A DNA stretch of 64,000 bases, taken from positions 400,778 to 464,777 of the forward strand of contig CAVTII010000015.1 in the NCBI GenBank assembly GCA_963734705.1, written 5' to 3'. The stretch comes from an uncultured Acidobacteriota bacterium (GTDB lineage: Bacteria > Acidobacteriota > Terriglobia > Acidiferrales > UBA7541). Position numbers and translations under genes: made by a program. The notes beneath the pieces are model-generated. The model worked only from the letters and a program-made list of their open reading frames with translations, was not told the DNA's origin and ran no database searches. This document shows, piece by piece, positions 1 to 9,879 of this stretch (positions are counted from its first letter, which is position 1; each line of letters starts with the position of its first letter).

Positions 1-1
1 G

Positions 2-826
2 GATCCGAACGATCCTTACAACATTTACAAGCCGCTGCGGAAAAAGGCGGGGCTGGCGGAGATTGTGGCCGCGCTCGTTGTGGTGCTGCTGCTGATCGGC
101 GGCGGAGGATTCGCGTGGTATCAGAATTGGCTGCCGTTTTTGCATCATCGCGTGCCGGCGATGCCAACCTTGCCGAAGAACGCGCCGGTTGCGAAACCGG
201 CTGCGGTTGCGAACACGGCGAAGGCGCCTGGTAACCCAAACGGTGGCGCAGCGAACGCACAGCCTGGTGGAAACGCCGCGACTGCGGCTACGCCGAGTGC
301 GGCGGGGACTCCACTGGCGGCGGTTGAGAGCAAGCCTGGGACTGGCAGCGACGTGAAGGCTGAGCTGCCCGCGGAGAAAGCTGTGGAAGCGGTTGTAGCA
401 GAAGAAAAGCCGGCGGAGAAGACGGATAGCAAGAAGGAATCTGCGTCTGCGGCGAAGGCTTCGAACAAGAAAGCCGCAGCGAAGAATCATGGGAAGGCGG
501 AGACGAGTACGGAGTCGAAGCCAAAGCCGGCCGTGGTGGATGACGTGAGCGACGCGCCGATTGAGCCGGCGAAATTGTTGCACTCGGTTTCGCCGGTCTA
601 CCCGCCGGACGCAATGCGCGGCTACATCACGGGCGATGTGCGGCTTGAAGCAGAAGTGGACGCAGCGGGGCATGTGGGCGCGATGAAAATTTTGGTGGGG
701 CCCGAGGCGCTGCGGCAGGCGGCAAAGGACGCGCTGAAGCAGTATGAGTATGCACCGGCGACGCAGGGAGGCAAGGCAGTGGCGTCGAAGGTGGTGGTGA
801 CGGTGAAGTTTTGGTTTGATCCGTAG
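2..826 (+). CDS. TonB family protein (TonB_C domain); 5' end outside window
   Basis: The frame is open from the window edge (track ORF 65..826). It has a TM-like AALVVVLLLIGGGGFAWY, an Ala/Pro/Lys-rich spacer, then the TonB C-terminal signature SPVYPPDAMRGYITGDVRLEAEVDAAGHV...YEYAPATQGGKAV...VKFWF. TAG stop. Confidence 0.8.
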   Translation, partial: DPNDPYNIYKPLRKKAGLAEIVAALVVVLLLIGGGGFAWYQNWLPFLHHRVPAMPTLPKNAPVAKPAAVANTAKAPGNPNGGAANAQPGGNAATAATPSAAGTPLAAVESKPGTGSDVKAELPAEKAVEAVVAEEKPAEKTDSKKESASAAKASNKKAAAKNHGKAETSTESKPKPAVVDDVSDAPIEPAKLLHSVSPVYPPDAMRGYITGDVRLEAEVDAAGHVGAMKILVGPEALRQAAKDALKQYEYAPATQGGKAVASKVVVTVKFWFDP

Positions 827-922
827 GGGAATAAAGTTATCAGTAATCGGTAATTAGTAATCGGAAAGAGGCGCCGCGTGACGCGGATTGCCAGAGTCTT
901 GGATTTGGCCTAAAGTGAGGCT

Positions 923-1147
923 ATGAAGTACGAGGGAATTATTACTATCGAGCCGGGAAAACGCGGGGGCAAGCCCTGCGTGCGTGGCTTGCGCATTACG
1001 GTCTATGAAGTGTTGGAATTGTTGGCGAGCGGAATGTCCCACGCGGAAGTGATCCAGGATTTTCCTGATTTGACGGAACAGGATATCCTCGCGTGCCTCA
1101 GTTATGCTGCCGATCGGGAACGCCGAGTGGAATTGCTTAAGGCGTGA
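923..1147 (+). CDS. DUF433 domain protein (antitoxin-like)
   Basis: 74 aa. The sequence GKRGGKPCVRGLRITVYEVLELLASGMSHAEVIQDFPDLTEQDILACLSYA is the typical DUF433 fold signature. ATG start; its stop overlaps the next gene's start as GTGA. Confidence 0.8.
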   Translation: MKYEGIITIEPGKRGGKPCVRGLRITVYEVLELLASGMSHAEVIQDFPDLTEQDILACLSYAADRERRVELLKA

Positions 1148-1401
1148 AACTGCTGTTCGACGAGAATCTCTCTCCTCGACTTCCCCAATTACTAGCGAAA
1201 TCTTACCCAGACTCTCTTCACGTCCGCGACTGCGGTTTAAAGTCTGCAACCGACACGGAAGTGTGGGAGTATGCGAAAGCCAATGGCTACACCATCGTGT
1301 CGAAGGCCTTCGATTTTCAAGAGAGAAGCATATTGTGGGGGCCTCCACCGAAGGTGATTTGGCTCCGAATGCTGAATTGCAGGAGCGCAGAAGTAGCCTA
1401 G
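1144..1401 (+). CDS. DUF5615 (PIN-like/Mut7-C-like) putative toxin, apparently truncated by an in-frame TAG
   Basis: MKLLFDENLSPRLPQLL...GYTIVSKAFDFQERS...PPKVIWLRMLNC matches the DUF5615 pattern. The GTG start overlaps the DUF433 stop by 4 bp. The frame stays open after TAG 1399..1401 until TGA 1477..1479. Confidence 0.7.
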   Translation: MKLLFDENLSPRLPQLLAKSYPDSLHVRDCGLKSATDTEVWEYAKANGYTIVSKAFDFQERSILWGPPPKVIWLRMLNCRSAEVA

Positions 1402-1576
1402 GTGTTGAGTGCTTCCCGATTGATGGTAGAACGATTCATTGAATATGGACCGGGGACTTGCCTGGTTCTTGGCCGATGAAACTTCCCGTCTTCCGAAACA
1501 AATTTCAAAGCTAAGAAGAAGTGGTGTCGGATGTTTGAATGTCCTTGATTGTGGGTCGCTTCGAGATTCGGGAAGA

Positions 1577-1601
1577 GCCGACCTGAAGGTCGGCCAGTAC
1601 A
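1577..1601 (+). repeat. REP hairpin family a (GCCGACCTGAAGGTCGGCC + AGTACA)
   Basis: Perfect 8-bp stem and the same unit as at 11803, 19096, 20021 and 21817. Confidence 0.8.
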
Positions 1602-1642
1602 TTTGGAGTTGAAGGAAAGCATTTTGGGGATTGCGGATGGCT

Positions 1643-1665
1643 GGACAGGCGAAAGCCTGTCCTAC
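1643..1665 (+). repeat. REP-like hairpin GGACAGGC-GAAA-GCCTGTCC + TAC
   Basis: Perfect 8-bp stem with a GAAA loop, followed by TAC. Confidence 0.6.
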
Positions 1666-1676
1666 GGGAGGGGAGC

Positions 1677-1719
1677 GGCCCGCCTCCCTCTACGAGGGCA
1701 AGCAGAAGGCGGGCCCTAC
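1677..1719 (+). repeat. REP family d variant (GGCCCGCC ... GGCGGGCC + CTAC, long loop)
   Basis: The outer stem GGCCCGCC/GGCGGGCC is identical to the copies at 19153 and 48026. CTAC tail. Confidence 0.6.
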
Positions 1720-1777
1720 GGAGACGGATTAGAACTTACGGCTTAGGGCTTACGGCATATGGCTTACGGCTGGGCGC

Positions 1778-2179
1778 TTAGTTTGTGGGGACTACTTTGG
1801 CTACGGGGGGCTTAAGCTCGACTTGGACTTGCTGGAAGTCGGAGGGGCCAATGTTTTGAGCTTCGTGGGTGGTGGCGTCGCTCCAGCCGGCGGTGCCCGC
1901 TTTGACGACGCGTTCCATGGATTTGCCGCTGGGCAGAGTGATCTTCAGTTTTCCATCGGTCAGGAAATAGGAAACATTTTCGGGGTGCGAATGCATGGGA
2001 GCGACTTGGCCAGGCTTGATGTCCACGGCGAGAACGCGGACGTGTTCGTTTTCGAAGATGACGCGATGGGAATCGCCGGCGACCTGGATGACGTCTTGAG
2101 GCGGCGCGGGGCGAGAGGTGGCGTAGAGGGCGGAAGAGGTTAGGAGAGTGGCGGCGATGAGGGTACGGGAGAGGTTCAT
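1778..2179 (-). CDS. secreted cupin domain protein
   Basis: Start chosen at MNLSRTLIAATLLTSSALYA (signal peptide), with GGAG upstream. Cupin motif PMHSHPENVSYFLTDGKLKITLPSG...EAQNIG. Confidence 0.75.
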   Translation of the reverse strand: MNLSRTLIAATLLTSSALYATSRPAPPQDVIQVAGDSHRVIFENEHVRVLAVDIKPGQVAPMHSHPENVSYFLTDGKLKITLPSGKSMERVVKAGTAGWSDATTHEAQNIGPSDFQQVQVELKPPVAKVVPTN

Positions 2180-2273
2180 GGTGGCTCCTGGCGGATCGGA
2201 TGTGGGAACGGCGGGATGATACAACAGAAAGTTTAAAGTCGACAGTCTGCAGTCGACAGTTTCCGGAATCCGA

Positions 2274-2299
2274 GTAGAACAGGCTTAAGCCTGTTCTAC
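2274..2299. repeat. perfect 26-bp palindrome GTAGAACAGGC-TTAA-GCCTGTTCTAC
   Basis: Read directly from the sequence, in the divergent region between the cupin gene and the kinase gene. It starts with GTAG and ends with CTAC. Confidence 0.7.
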
Positions 2300-2463
2300 C
2301 TTTCCGACGCTCGCGCGCCATTCGCATTTACCGAAATACTATAATGTGCAGCGGTGTACTTTCCGGATAAAGAACGTTTGGGAAAGGAATAGTTGAGTTT
2401 TATTGGGAAGCGAGGAGGATAGGAGAATCCGGCATTTGGGAACCTGTACGTGAGGCTCAGCTC

Positions 2464-4980
2464 GTGGAAAGAAAAGAGTCTTCCCGATGGCGAGGGAGTG
2501 TCTATCCAGCATTGGCCGCGGCGGTGGTTTTTGCGCACGTGGCGGTGTTGGCGGCTGCCCCGGCATGGCGCGGCTTGGGGAGCGACGTTTTGTGCACCAT
2601 CAGTGGCCTGGTGGTGGCATGCACGGCGGCATGGGCGGCGCGGCGAGCGAATGGATTTGTGCGCATGTTCTGGATGTTCCAGGCGTGCGGATTGTTTTTG
2701 TACACGGCGGCGCAGGGACTGGCAACGGTTTATGACAGCATCCTGCACAAACCGCTGGATCAGCCCTGGCCTAGCGATCTGCTGTTTTTCCTGTGGATGA
2801 CACCGGCGTTTCTTTCCCTCTTTCTGAACGAAAAAGCAAAATCACAACGAATCGAATGGGTGCGCTGGCTGGATTTCGCGCAAGTGGGAATCCTGGTGGT
2901 GTCGCTGCACGTGTTTGCGTTTGAGGTGCCGGAGCACTGGAACATCCAGGGATTTTCGTTCGAGAGACTGGAGTTTGTGGCCACGTGCATTCGCAATGTT
3001 GGACTGGTGGCCTTGTTCGCCTGGCGGTCGAACCGTGCGCGGGAGAAGCAGGCAAAATCGCTTTTCGGGAGGATGGCGCTTTTTCTGGGGGCGTTCAGCC
3101 TGGCGGAATGCTCGTATCTCTACCTTCAGGTGTTCGAGAGGCTGCGGGTGGCTTCGTTCTGGGATCTGCCCTGGACGATATCGATGGCGTTGGGGACCGT
3201 GCTGATATTTGCGTCGAGTCCCGCCGATATCGTGGCGCGGGAGGAAGCGCCGCGGGCCAAGAAACGCGAACGGTTGTATGCGCGGGCGGCCTTGAAGCTG
3301 GTGCCGCTGTTCTTCCCGATGGCGGTACTTCTGATGGCGGCGCATATCGCCGAGCAGCAATTTGCGATCGCGGTGATTGCAGTGCTGGCATCATTTGCAT
3401 GTTCCAGCGCAAGGATTGTGCTGACCGAGCGGCAACAGGTGCGTTCGGATGCGGCGCTGGGGGAGCGGAACGCGCTGCTGAAATCGGTGTTTGAAGGCAC
3501 TGGTGACGCCGTTTTCGTGAAGGATGCGGGGGGCCGGTATTTGATTGTGAACAAGCAGGTGGCGGCGTTCTTCGAGAGGCCGATTGAGGAAATTATCGGA
3601 AAGACGGCGTTTGAACTGACAGATGCGGAATCCGCGCGGAACCTGACGAAGTATGACGACAAGATTCTGGAGACCGGGGGGAGCAATACGGTTGATTTTC
3701 AATTGCTACAGGAAGGAACGCCACGGCATTTCCTGGTGACCCGGGCGCCTTACCGCGATCCCAGCGGCGCGATTATCGGCGTGATCGGCGTGTCGCGGGA
3801 CATCACGCAGTACAAGGGAATTGAAGACCGGCTGCGGCAGTCGCAGAAGATGGAGGCGATTGGCACGCTGGCGGGCGGCGTGGCGCACGACTTCAATAAT
3901 ATTTTGATGGTGATTGGCGGGTACAGCTCCGTGCTGGCGGAAGCACTGCGGACCAATGCGAAGCTGCACGGGCACGTGGAACAGATCCAGAAGGCGGGGG
4001 AGCGCGCGGCTTCGCTGACGCGGCAATTGCTGGCGTTCAGCCGGAAAGAGACGATCCAGCCGGCGCCGCTGAATGTGAACGACGTGGTGGCGGGGATTGA
4101 AAAATTGCTGCATCGGTTGATTGGCGAGCACATTGCCATTTCGACGCAATTGCAGATGAGCCTGGGAATGGTAATGGCCGATGCGGGCCAACTGGAGCAG
4201 GTGATTCTGAATCTGGCGGTTAACGCGCGGGATGCGATGCCGGACGGCGGGCAGTTGTTCATCGAAACGCGAAACACGCTTTTGGGATATGGCTCGGCGC
4301 AAGGGCCGAATGGGGTGAAGCCCGGGGAATACGTGGAGTTGACGATTCGAGATACGGGCGTGGGGATGGGCGCGGCGGTGCGGGCGCACGTCTTCGAACC
4401 ATTTTTCACCACAAAGCCGGCGGGAAAAGGGACCGGGCTGGGGCTTTCGACGGTGTATGGGATCGTGCAGGAGGCGGGCGGCTACGTGACGTTTGAGAGC
4501 GAGCCTGGAGCGGGGACGAGCTTTCACGTTTTTCTGCCGCGCGATTATTCGGCTGCGAAGAAACCGGAATTCGCGGAAGAAGGCAGCGGGCGATTGCACG
4601 GCGGAGAGACGGTGCTGCTGGTGGAGGACGACGCCTCGGTTTGCGAACTGGTGCGCGCGGTGCTGACAAAGCAGGGTTATACGGTGCTGGCGGCGCGGCG
4701 TCCGCAGGAGGCGGAAACGATTTGCCGGGAGCATGGACAGGGAATTGATCTGCTGCTGACGGACGTGATTCTGCCAGAGATGAGCGGGCCGGGGCTGGCG
4801 AAGCGGCTGGTGGAAGGGCGCGCGGGGATGCGGGTGCTGTTCATGTCCGGATACATCGATGATTCGGTGGTGCGGCAGGAGATTCGAGAAAAAGGGATTG
4901 CGTATCTGCAGAAGCCGTTTACGCCGGGGAGTCTGGTGAAGAAGGTGAGAGAAGTGTTGGATGCGGTGGTGGCGCGGTAG
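2464..4980 (+). CDS. hybrid sensor histidine kinase (multi-TM sensor, PAS, HisKA, HATPase_c, REC)
   Basis: The N-terminus is hydrophobic. PAS: LLKSVFEGTGDAVFVKDAGGRYLIVN. H-box: GGVAHDFNNILMVIGGY. ATPase boxes: NLAVNARDAM, DTGVGM, GTGLGLS. C-terminal REC: VLLVEDD...LLLTDVILPEMSG...QKPF. The exact start (GTG) is uncertain. Confidence 0.9.
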   Translation: MERKESSRWRGSVYPALAAAVVFAHVAVLAAAPAWRGLGSDVLCTISGLVVACTAAWAARRANGFVRMFWMFQACGLFLYTAAQGLATVYDSILHKPLDQPWPSDLLFFLWMTPAFLSLFLNEKAKSQRIEWVRWLDFAQVGILVVSLHVFAFEVPEHWNIQGFSFERLEFVATCIRNVGLVALFAWRSNRAREKQAKSLFGRMALFLGAFSLAECSYLYLQVFERLRVASFWDLPWTISMALGTVLIFASSPADIVAREEAPRAKKRERLYARAALKLVPLFFPMAVLLMAAHIAEQQFAIAVIAVLASFACSSARIVLTERQQVRSDAALGERNALLKSVFEGTGDAVFVKDAGGRYLIVNKQVAAFFERPIEEIIGKTAFELTDAESARNLTKYDDKILETGGSNTVDFQLLQEGTPRHFLVTRAPYRDPSGAIIGVIGVSRDITQYKGIEDRLRQSQKMEAIGTLAGGVAHDFNNILMVIGGYSSVLAEALRTNAKLHGHVEQIQKAGERAASLTRQLLAFSRKETIQPAPLNVNDVVAGIEKLLHRLIGEHIAISTQLQMSLGMVMADAGQLEQVILNLAVNARDAMPDGGQLFIETRNTLLGYGSAQGPNGVKPGEYVELTIRDTGVGMGAAVRAHVFEPFFTTKPAGKGTGLGLSTVYGIVQEAGGYVTFESEPGAGTSFHVFLPRDYSAAKKPEFAEEGSGRLHGGETVLLVEDDASVCELVRAVLTKQGYTVLAARRPQEAETICREHGQGIDLLLTDVILPEMSGPGLAKRLVEGRAGMRVLFMSGYIDDSVVRQEIREKGIAYLQKPFTPGSLVKKVREVLDAVVAR

Positions 4981-5026
4981 GGGGTGGATGGGAGGAAGAA
5001 GAAGGAGAAGAAGATTTGTGACGTTA

Positions 5027-5081
5027 GATCGTAAGAGCCCACCCTTAGAAGGCAAGGGTGGGGCGCCCTCAAGTTCATTTC
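5027..5081 (+). repeat. interspersed repeat GATCGTAAGAGCCCACCCTT-loop-AAGGGTGGGGCGCCCTCAAGTTCATTT
   Basis: A second copy lies at 25621..25685. Both are just downstream of a + strand gene stop. Confidence 0.75.
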
Positions 5082-5152
5082 GGGCTGAAGTAGAAGTGAA
5101 GGAAACTCAAGAAGGCGGCCTGAAGCCGACCTTAGAGCGTCGGAACCCAGGA

Positions 5153-5177
5153 GCACAGGCAGGAGTGCCTGTGCCAC
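5153..5177 (+). repeat. REP-like hairpin GCACAGGC-AGGAGT-GCCTGTGC + CAC (GTGG variant)
   Basis: Perfect 8-bp stem. A second copy lies inside leuS at 22178. Confidence 0.7.
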
Positions 5178-5184
5178 TGGGGGA

Positions 5185-6315
5185 TTAGAAGAGTTTGACG
5201 GCTAGGCGCTGGGGGTTGGAGGTGATGGGGATTAGGGTCAGGAGGGAGTCGGTGCGGAGGCGGAGGATGGCGAGGTCGCCGGAGGAGTCGTCGGCGACGA
5301 GGAGCATGGTGGGCTTGGCGGCGGGATCGGAAGAGTCGAATCGCATGACGCCGGGGGAGGCGCCGACGTTGATGGGTTTGCCGACGCGGCGATTGACGAT
5401 ATCGACGGGAAAGATGCGAGAGGCAGCGCGATCCGCGATATACATTTCGGAGGCGTCTTCGGTGAGGATGGCGCTGGCGGGGGCATCGCCGACGAGAACT
5501 GTATCGCCGACTTCGTGCGTCCAGATATTGATGGCCTGCACGACGTGGGCTTCGGGCGAGAGGACGTAAAGTTCGCCGCCATCGGGTTTGAGGAGCATCT
5601 GGGAAGGGCGGCCGGCAAGTTCGAGATTGGTGAGCAGTACACCGCGCTGTAAATCCACCACAGACAAACGATTTTGCGAGCGGCTCATGACGAAAGCGAG
5701 GGAGCTGGTGGGGAGAATTGCGACTTCATCGGGCTGCGCAACAACGGGGATGGAGGCGCGCATCTGTAGAGTGGCGGGATCGTGGAGCGTGAGCGTGGCG
5801 CTGCCGCGATTCACGACCACGATGGTTTTTTGATCCGGCGTGATGCGCGCTTGCACGGGTTCAGAGCCGGCGCGCGCGCGGCCGGCGATGGAGCGCGAGG
5901 CGGTATTGATGGCGATGAGCTGGTCGGATGCGGCGGAGGTGGTGAAGACGCGCTTGCCGTCGGCAGAGAAATCGAGCTCGAGGGGCGATGGGCCGACGGG
6001 AATTTTGGCGAGTTCGTTGGAGCGCGTGTCGAGCACGAAGAGATAGCCGCCTGCGCTGCTGACGCCCCAGACTTCGGGGCGGAGGGCGTGCTCGCGAAGA
6101 TCGGAGATGCCGGGGCCTGCGGCAATTTTGTTGATCACGCGGAGCGAGGCGAGATCCACAACGGAGAGAGAGCCGTCCGAGGTGGCGACGTAGGCGTTGA
6201 GGTGCAGGCCGGGGCGAAGGAAGGAGGGGCGATGCTCGCCAAGAAGAATAACGATGGAGAAAAGGAGCAGGACGGTGAGCAGAAAGTAGACGCGGAAATT
6301 TCGGGAATGGGGCAT
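5185..6315 (-). CDS. YVTN-family beta-propeller repeat protein (membrane-anchored/secreted)
   Basis: Start chosen at MPHSRNFRVYFLLTVLLLFSIVILL (signal/anchor). The sequence has repeated ~40-aa units of the type G..P..l..s.DG+.lyv.n..s..lsviD. Confidence 0.75.
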   Translation of the reverse strand: MPHSRNFRVYFLLTVLLLFSIVILLGEHRPSFLRPGLHLNAYVATSDGSLSVVDLASLRVINKIAAGPGISDLREHALRPEVWGVSSAGGYLFVLDTRSNELAKIPVGPSPLELDFSADGKRVFTTSAASDQLIAINTASRSIAGRARAGSEPVQARITPDQKTIVVVNRGSATLTLHDPATLQMRASIPVVAQPDEVAILPTSSLAFVMSRSQNRLSVVDLQRGVLLTNLELAGRPSQMLLKPDGGELYVLSPEAHVVQAINIWTHEVGDTVLVGDAPASAILTEDASEMYIADRAASRIFPVDIVNRRVGKPINVGASPGVMRFDSSDPAAKPTMLLVADDSSGDLAILRLRTDSLLTLIPITSNPQRLAVKLF

Positions 6316-6555
6316 TGCTGAAAATGATTTTACAGGAGAGTGGAAGAAAGGCGAGGGTATGAATTTTCTAATGCAGGAAAAGGTGACCAGCGCGAAGAAA
6401 TAGCGACAGTTGGAACAGGGGTGTCTGGGCGGCACAAGAGTTTTGCAATGGGGCCGCAGGCCAAATGTCAATGCGCTCAAGGCAAGCAGGTTAACGGGGT
6501 TAGTAGCAGGGGATTTGGCGGGTGAGATGCGTGACTCCACAGGGGAGTTGCGCGC

Positions 6556-8805
6556 ATGGACAGATATTTCTGGCGATGGCGAAACGGAGACGGCGGGGCC
6601 GTGTGGCGCCGGTTGCTGCTGGTGTGCGCGCTGGGTGCGCCGGGTGTTTGGGGGCAAGGCGCGCAAACGCCGCCAAAGGACCTGACCAGCACGAGCCTGG
6701 AAGACCTGATGAACGTGGAAGTGACATCGGTCTCAAAGAAGGAGCAGAAGCTTTCGGAAGTGGCGGCGGCGATTTACGTGATTACGCCGGAGGATATCCG
6801 GCGATCCGGGGCGAGGAACATTCCGGACTTGCTGAGGATGGTGCCGGGGCTGGATGTGGCGCAGATTGACGCGAGCAGGTGGGCGATTTCGGCGCGGGGT
6901 TTCAATTTACAATTTTCGAACAAGTTGCTGGTGCTGATTGATGGGCGGGCGGTCTACACGCCGTTGTTTGGAGGAGTGAACTGGGACACGAAGGATGTGC
7001 CGCTGGAAGATATCGAGCGGATTGAAGTGATTCGCGGGCCGGGCGGAACGATCTGGGGAGCGAACGCGGTGAAAGGGGTGATCAACGTGATCACCAGGCA
7101 GGCGGCGGACACGCAGGGAGTTTTATTGACGGGCGGCGGCGGAACGGTGACGCAGTCGTTCGGGACCGTGCAGTACGGCGGAAGGATCAAACAGGACACG
7201 AGCTATCGCGTATTCGGGAGTTATCAGAGCACGGACCATTATCTGGATGCGGCGGGGCTGGATGCGAATGACGGCTGGCACCTGGCGCACGGTGGCTTCC
7301 GCGAGGATTCAAAACTGGGCGCGAAGGACACGCTGACGACGCAGGGCGATATCTACACCGGTGAGGCGGGGGCGACGATTGTTCATTCGGAATTTACGCC
7401 GCCGGACAATGTGAGCCTAATTCGGCTGGAAAGTTTATCCGGCGGAAATATTCTTGGCCGGTGGAACCATGTTTTTTCGGAGCGAAGCGACACCACGCTG
7501 CAGGAAGCAAAAGACGATCTGGAGCGCCGCGTGGAAGCGCGGACGGCGGAATTACAGCATGAGGTGCGGGAACGAATTCAAGCGGAAGAGAAGTTGCAGA
7601 AATCGCTGAAGGAACTGGAAGACCTGAAGTTCGCGCTGGACCAGCACTGCATTGTGGCGAGAACGGATGCCCGAGGCGTGATCACGTCGGTGAATGAAAA
7701 GTTCTGCACCGTCTCAAAATATGCGCCGGAGGAACTGATCGGGCAAACGCACAAGATTGTGAATTCGCGGCATCACTCGAAGGAATTTTTCGATGAGCTG
7801 TGGAGAACCATCTCCAGCGGACAGACATGGAGGTGGGTGGACACGACGATTGTTCCGTTCCGCGGCGCGGATGGCAGGCCCTTCCAATATATTGCAATCC
7901 GAATGGACATCACCAACCTGAAGCGCATCGAAGAGGAGTTGCGCGGGTCAAAAGATGTGGCGGAACAGGCGAGCCGGGCGAAGAGCGAGTTTCTGGCGAA
8001 CATGAGCCATGAAATCCGGACGCCGCTGAACGGCATCATGGGCATGACGGATTTGGCGTTGGATACGCAATTGACGCAGGAGCAGCGGGATTACCTGGAG
8101 ACAGTGAAGAGTTCTTCGGACTCGCTGCTGACGGTGATCAACGACATTCTGGATTTTTCGAAGATCGAAGCCGGCAAACTGGACCTGGAGTGCGCGGAGT
8201 TTGAGCTGCGCGACGTGGTGGAGAGCACTCTGAAGACGCTTGCGATGCGCGCAGGCGAAAAGAAACTGGAATTATTGTGCGAGATTGCGGCGGATGTGCC
8301 GGAGATGGTGCGTGGGGATGCGGTGCGAATACGGCAGGTGCTGACGAACCTGACGGGCAACGCGATCAAATTTACGGAACACGGCGAAGTGGCACTGCGA
8401 GTGGAGAAGGACGCGGGCGCACACGCGGGGCAGGAACTTTCGTTGCGGTTTACGGTGGCGGATACGGGAGTGGGGATACTGGCGAGCAAGCTGAAGTTGA
8501 TTTTCGATCCGTTTTCGCAGGCGGACACTTCCACGACGCGGAAATACGGCGGGACGGGACTGGGGCTGACGATTTCCGCGCGGCTGGTGGAAATGATGGA
8601 CGGGAAAATCTGGGTGGAGAGCGAATTGGGGCGCGGGAGCCAGTTCCACTTCACAGTGAAACTGGAGGTGAGCGGGAGCAAGGAAAGCCAGGCAATCTGG
8701 AACACGGCTGTGGAGCAATTGCGCGGGCTGCGCGTGCTGGTGGTGGACGACAATCCCACGAACCGGCGAATTCTGGATGGGATGCTGAGGAATTGGTTTA
8801 TGTAG
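6556..8805 (+). CDS. chimeric ORF: signal peptide + TonB-dependent receptor plug and first barrel strands fused to coiled-coil/PAS/HisKA/HATPase_c kinase core; ends at in-frame TAG
   Basis: Plug: [54 protein letters not shown]...[26 protein letters not shown]. The sequence switches at ~7504 to [19 protein letters not shown]-box: [20 protein letters not shown]. ATPase: [26 protein letters not shown]. The REC domain starts at [16 protein letters not shown] and then hits TAG. Confidence 0.85.
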   Translation: MDRYFWRWRNGDGGAVWRRLLLVCALGAPGVWGQGAQTPPKDLTSTSLEDLMNVEVTSVSKKEQKLSEVAAAIYVITPEDIRRSGARNIPDLLRMVPGLDVAQIDASRWAISARGFNLQFSNKLLVLIDGRAVYTPLFGGVNWDTKDVPLEDIERIEVIRGPGGTIWGANAVKGVINVITRQAADTQGVLLTGGGGTVTQSFGTVQYGGRIKQDTSYRVFGSYQSTDHYLDAAGLDANDGWHLAHGGFREDSKLGAKDTLTTQGDIYTGEAGATIVHSEFTPPDNVSLIRLESLSGGNILGRWNHVFSERSDTTLQEAKDDLERRVEARTAELQHEVRERIQAEEKLQKSLKELEDLKFALDQHCIVARTDARGVITSVNEKFCTVSKYAPEELIGQTHKIVNSRHHSKEFFDELWRTISSGQTWRWVDTTIVPFRGADGRPFQYIAIRMDITNLKRIEEELRGSKDVAEQASRAKSEFLANMSHEIRTPLNGIMGMTDLALDTQLTQEQRDYLETVKSSSDSLLTVINDILDFSKIEAGKLDLECAEFELRDVVESTLKTLAMRAGEKKLELLCEIAADVPEMVRGDAVRIRQVLTNLTGNAIKFTEHGEVALRVEKDAGAHAGQELSLRFTVADTGVGILASKLKLIFDPFSQADTSTTRKYGGTGLGLTISARLVEMMDGKIWVESELGRGSQFHFTVKLEVSGSKESQAIWNTAVEQLRGLRVLVVDDNPTNRRILDGMLRNWFM

Positions 8806-8895
8806 CCGGCATGCGCGGAAAGCGGAGAGCAGGCGCTGGCGAAGCTGCAAGCGGCTGCGGAGGCGGGTGAGGCTTTTCCAATTATTCTGACCGAC

Positions 8896-9672
8896 ATGCA
8901 GATGCCGGAGATGAATGGTTTTGAGCTTGTGGAGCGCATCCGGGAAACTCCCGGATGGAATGCGGCGACGATTGTGATGCTGAGTTCGGCGGGAGGCAGC
9001 GGCGACCGAGAGCGGAGCCGGGAGCTGGGAGTAGCCGCGTATTTGTTGAAGCCAATCCGTCAGGCGGAATTGCGCGACACGATTGTGCGGGTGATGGGGG
9101 CGCGTGAAGGGAAAGCGGCGGCCCAGGCGCAGGAACCGGTGGCAGAGCCAGCGTCGGAGAAGCGTGATGCGGCGGACATTCTGCGTGTGCTGGTGGCGGA
9201 AGATAACGCGGTGAACCAGAAATTGATTGTGCGGCTGCTGGAGAAGCGCGGGCATCGCGTGACGGTGGCGGGCAATGGGCGCGAGGCGGTGGACGCGGCG
9301 GCGCGGGCGAGCTTCGATCTGGTGCTGATGGATATGCAAATGCCGGAGATGGACGGGTTTGAGGCGACGGCGATGATCCGCGTGGGGGAGCGGCGCTCTG
9401 GGGCGCATCTGCCGATTGTGGCGTTGACGGCGCATGCGATGAAGGGGGATCGCGAGAAATGTCTGGCGGCGGGGATGGATGATTATTTGTCGAAGCCGAT
9501 TCAGCCGGGGGAGTTGGAGGAGGTTTTGGCGCGGTTTGCGGGGGGAAGGAAACAATTGTCAACAGTCGGCAGTTTACGGTCGGCGAAAAGAAGCTCGCAG
9601 ATAGCAGGAGGCACCCGCCTTCGCCGCAAAGAACGCGGCTACGGCGGGCAGGCAGAGGGAGCGGAGATTTGA
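8896..9672 (+). CDS. remainder of the same hybrid kinase (end of REC1 + complete REC2), as callable from the first ATG after the TAG
   Basis: It is in the same frame as 6556..8805, and codons 8806..8895 read PACAESGEQALAKLQAAAEAGEAFPIILTD. REC2: VLVAEDNAVNQKLIVRLL...LVLMDMQMPEMDG...LTAHAMKGD...DDYLSKP. Confidence 0.8.
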   Translation: MQMPEMNGFELVERIRETPGWNAATIVMLSSAGGSGDRERSRELGVAAYLLKPIRQAELRDTIVRVMGAREGKAAAQAQEPVAEPASEKRDAADILRVLVAEDNAVNQKLIVRLLEKRGHRVTVAGNGREAVDAAARASFDLVLMDMQMPEMDGFEATAMIRVGERRSGAHLPIVALTAHAMKGDREKCLAAGMDDYLSKPIQPGELEEVLARFAGGRKQLSTVGSLRSAKRSSQIAGGTRLRRKERGYGGQAEGAEI

Positions 9673-9879
9673 CTGAGCGGGATTATTTTTGGGGATGTAT
9701 CGGGGGTCACAGAGGGAAGGGTGGTGTTGGGGCATGATGCAGGCTGGAGGCATATGCCAATTCAACTGGGACGGGATATTCTGAGGGAGAAAGACGCCAC
9801 GCGGGAACAGATCGAAGTTACGAATCTACAGACGGCCGAACTGCAGCAAATTCAACGGGAACAAATCGGGCAGGAGTCG

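Larger units (their letters stand above)
6556..9672 (+). pseudogene. TBDR-plug::hybrid histidine kinase fusion interrupted by a single in-frame TAG (8803..8805)
   Basis: One continuous frame of 1038 codons with one internal amber codon inside a receiver domain. Confidence 0.7.

Noticed and set aside
5038-5061. The hairpin CCCACCCTT-loop-AAGGGTGGG after the kinase gene (and its twin at 25633..25667) as an intrinsic terminator.
   Set aside because: No T-run follows, and both copies are part of a longer conserved repeat, so they are listed as repeats. A terminator role is possible but not supported.
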